9,631 nt of DNA from a virus (lineage: Duplodnaviria > Heunggongvirae > Uroviricota > Caudoviricetes). The notes under the pieces were generated by a model, which was not told the DNA's origin, did no database searches, and worked only from the letters and a program-made list of their open reading frames with translations. The position numbers were made by a program, and so were the translations under genes. Location of the stretch: IMG/VR virus record IMGVR_UViG_2740892233_000025; one strand, given 5' to 3'. Positions 7,856 to 9,631 of this stretch are shown here, piece after piece; positions within the stretch are counted from its first letter, which is position 1; the number at the start of each line of letters is the position of its first letter.

Positions 7856-8897
7856 AAACTTAACATATCGAAGGAGGGACAAAGCATATTACTGGCGCAA
7901 CCCTCTGACGAAAGAAGAATTTACACTAGGTAAAATTTCAAGAAGAGATGCAGTAGCGCAGGCAATTGAAGCAAATCATTATATATACAAAAACTACTCT
8001 CCTGCTGCCTTAATTGAAAAACTAAAAGGGTTCGACTCATTTACTATGGCAGACTGGATTGAACGTTACAAAACGATTCTTATAAGGAGAAAAGTGTCCA
8101 GAAATACTTATAAAATTCGGGTAAATCAACTGGAGACAATAAAAGAAAAATTAGGAGGGGTTTTACTGACAGAAATAACCACTCGCCATATTGCCGAGTT
8201 TCTTGATTTGTGGATTGAAGGAGGGAAAAACACGATGGCAGGATCAATGCGTTCTGTGTTATCTGATATGTTCCGCGAGGCCATTGTTGAAGGACGTATA
8301 TCTCAAAATCCAGTAACGCCAACAAGAGCACCGAAAATAGTAGTTACAAGAGAACGGCTGAAACTAAAGACATACAACTGCATCAGGGAGGCAGCAGATC
8401 AACTTCCGACATGGTTCCCATTAGCTATGGACTTAGCCCTTGTAACAGGACAACGTCGCGAAGACATAACAAATATGCGGTTCAGTGAGATTTATGATGA
8501 TCGTCTCCACATCAGGCAAATTAAGACAGGAATGATGATTGCTATCCCCCTGTCACTCAGCCTTCCTGTCGCTGGTTTACGACTTGGTACAGTAGTTGAA
8601 CAGTGCCGCATGGTAAGTAGGGGGGATTATCTAATCAGTGCCGGGATTAGAAAAAACAGCCCTGACGGCAGCATTCACCCGGACGGCCTGACAAAGAAAT
8701 TTGTCGCAGCCAGAAAATTAACAGGTATCCAGTTCAGTGAAAACCCACCAACTTTTCACGAGATCAGAAGCCTGGCTGGACGATTGTACAAAGAAACATG
8801 TGGGGAAGAATTTGCTCAACGTCTACTTGGCCACACATCGGAGAAGACAACAAAAATGTATCTTGATGAGAGAGAAAAAACGTACTTACTGCTCTGA
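7821..8897 (+). CDS. int: Lambda-family tyrosine integrase, 358 aa
   Basis: Collinear with lambda Int as I recall it, e.g. [24 protein letters not shown] versus lambda LAMELAVVTGQRVGDLCEMKWSDI, and [19 protein letters not shown]…[18 protein letters not shown] versus lambda FEGDPPTFHELRSLSARLY…LLGHKSDTMASQYRDDRG. It is not the P4-type IntR of K-12 Rac. Confidence 0.9.
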
Positions 8898-8944
8898 TTT
8901 TAACGTAAATGGATTGTTAAATGTGTTTTGGTTGTGATATAACC

Positions 8945-9047
8945 AAAAAAGACCGGAATACAGAAATTCGAGTAAATTTCGAGTAATTTCGGGGAGACGT
9001 TTGCAACTAATTGATTTTAAATACAATTAAAAAAAGACCGAATACGA
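8945..9047. other. attL-like junction: P' arm with direct repeats plus a core that coincides with the sdsR 3' terminator
   Basis: ttcgagtaa repeated at 8967-8975 and 8978-8986 (11-bp phasing, candidate arm-type Int sites). Core candidate aaaaaaagaccgaatac at 9029-9045; a near-copy aaaaaagaccggaatacag at 8945-8963. Confidence 0.5.
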
Positions 9048-9131
9048 TTCCTGTATTCGGTCCAGGGAAATGGCTCTTGGGAGAGAGCCGTGCGCTAAAA
9101 GTTGGCATTAATGCAGGCTTAGTTGCCTTGC
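9029..9131 (-). ncRNA. sdsR: SdsR (RyeB) sRNA, sigma-S-dependent, about 103 nt
   Basis: Minus-strand sequence GCAAGGCAACUAAGCCUGCAUUAAUGCC…GACCGAAUACAGGAAUCGUAUUCGGUC plus U7 matches my recollection of E. coli SdsR. The terminator hairpin has a 10-bp perfect stem (9036-9045 / 9053-9062). A sigma-S-type -10 lies upstream and the expected neighbour yebY is adjacent. Confidence 0.7.
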
Positions 9132-9258
9132 CCTTTAAGAATAGATGACGACGCCAGGTTTTCCAGTTTGCGTGCAAAATGGTCAATAAAAAGCGTGGTG
9201 GTCATCAGCTGAAATGTTAAAAACCGCCCGTTCTGGTGAAAGAACTGAGGCGGTTTTT
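9034..9258 (+). ncRNA. ryeA: RyeA (SraC) sRNA, antisense to sdsR; 5' end uncertain
   Basis: In E. coli ryeA is transcribed opposite to and fully covers sdsR. The + strand terminator at 9224-9260 is the likely 3' end. A candidate promoter ttgcaa-N15-tacaat (9001-9027) lies on the prophage side of the core, so the 5' end may be phage-remodelled. Confidence 0.35.
9134..9170 (-). promoter_or_regulatory. sdsR promoter, sigma-S-type extended -10 (tctattcttaaa)
   Basis: Minus-strand tctattcttaaa at 9145-9134 resembles the sigma-S -10 consensus and sits directly upstream of the sdsR 5' end at 9131. Confidence 0.45.
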
Positions 9259-9260
9259 TT
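9224..9260. terminator. Bidirectional rho-independent terminator (ryeA on + strand, yebY on - strand)
   Basis: Interrupted hairpin ccgcc-c-gttct / agaac-tga-ggcgg flanked by an A-run (9219-9223) and T7 (9254-9260). Confidence 0.6.
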
Positions 9261-9289
9261 ATTGGAAATCAAAAGGCTATTTTAGGTAA

Positions 9290-9631
9290 TTAACAGAGTT
9301 TTTCAGCTCGTTCTATAAACGGTGCCAGACTCATTTTTTCGCCGGGATTGTTAGGATCATCAATCTGAATCACCGAAATGGGTTGGGCTTTAGTCTTCCC
9401 ACTGGCAACTTCCTTTTGTGCGATATCGTTTAAAGGATACTGCACGAGGGTACTTGGGTTAATGACATACAAAGCATTACCCGGTCTGCAAGTCAGCATC
9501 ACCTCTTCGCGATTAAACGCCCATTTGTCTTTACCCACTTCAAAACGACTGACGGTAATCACCTGCGGTGCAGCCAGCGCCGCTGCAGAACTGGTGAGTA
9601 ACAGAAACGTCAGAATACTTTTTTTCATCAT
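9290..9631 (-). CDS. yebY: Small exported protein with N-terminal signal peptide and two Cys (YebY-like), 113 aa; host flanking gene
   Basis: [24 protein letters not shown]… is a clear Sec signal peptide. The size and the position next to sdsR/ryeA fit the E. coli pphA-sdsR-yebY arrangement. The symbol rests on that context and an imperfect recollection of the sequence. The start codon sits at the window edge. Confidence 0.6.
   Translation of the reverse strand: MMKKSILTFLLLTSSAAALAAPQVITVSRFEVGKDKWAFNREEVMLTCRPGNALYVINPSTLVQYPLNDIAQKEVASGKTKAQPISVIQIDDPNNPGEKMSLAPFIERAEKLC

Larger units (their letters stand above)
1..9047. mobile_element. Partial lambdoid (Rac-type) prophage, integrase-proximal end; continues beyond the window start
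   Basis: Gene order kilR-ydaE-racC-recE-recT-ralR-ydaC-xis-int matches the Rac early-left operon, then a lambda-type integrase and an att-like junction with sdsR/yebY host DNA. The right boundary is placed at the end of the putative core shared with the sdsR terminator. Confidence 0.8.

Noticed and set aside
8080-8331. 83-aa minus-strand ORF inside int
   Set aside because: Antisense to a strongly supported integrase.
8737-8937. 66-aa + strand ORF overlapping the int 3' end and att region
   Set aside because: Alternative frame of int running into the att arm; no ribosome-binding site.
8925-8945. Hairpin tttggtt-gtgatat-aaccaaa just after the int stop, as a possible int terminator
   Set aside because: On the + strand it is followed by an A-run, not a U-run, so it is not a canonical intrinsic terminator. 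It may belong to the P' arm.
1-9631. CRISPR arrays, tRNA/rRNA genes, IS elements, recognisable defence-system genes
   Set aside because: No spaced direct repeats of CRISPR type, no tRNA-like cloverleaf at the att site (the target is an sRNA terminator), and no transposase-like ORF or terminal inverted repeats were seen.

Overview
This window is the integrase-proximal end of a Rac-type lambdoid prophage and its junction with the host chromosome. On the + strand it reads kilR, ydaE, racC, recE (exonuclease VIII), recT, ralR (lar), a small ydaC-position ORF, xis and a lambda-type tyrosine integrase. The integrase is followed by an attL-like region whose core coincides with the 3' terminator of the host sRNA gene sdsR (ryeB, minus strand), then a bidirectional terminator and a yebY-like host gene (minus strand). 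The window is not a clean contiguous sequence: four 10-nt N-runs (2333-2342, 4214-4223, 4551-4560, 5644-5653) are each flanked by imperfectly duplicated sequence. As a result a second, diverged copy of the kilR-ydaE-racC-recE(5') module sits in tandem, and recE is split into four overlapping pieces whose overlaps differ at several positions. This looks like unmerged or mis-scaffolded contigs from two or more Rac-like alleles rather than real tandem genes. I see no convincing novel defence system. The most interesting unexplained items are a cassette-like swap in the RecE N-terminal region between the two copies, a racC-recE intergenic hairpin with compensatory base changes between copies, a structured non-coding stretch with a terminator upstream of kilR, a second copy of the att core sequence inside the P' arm, and a palindrome upstream of xis. 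Gene identities rest on recollection of the E. coli K-12 Rac proteins and sdsR; no database search was possible.
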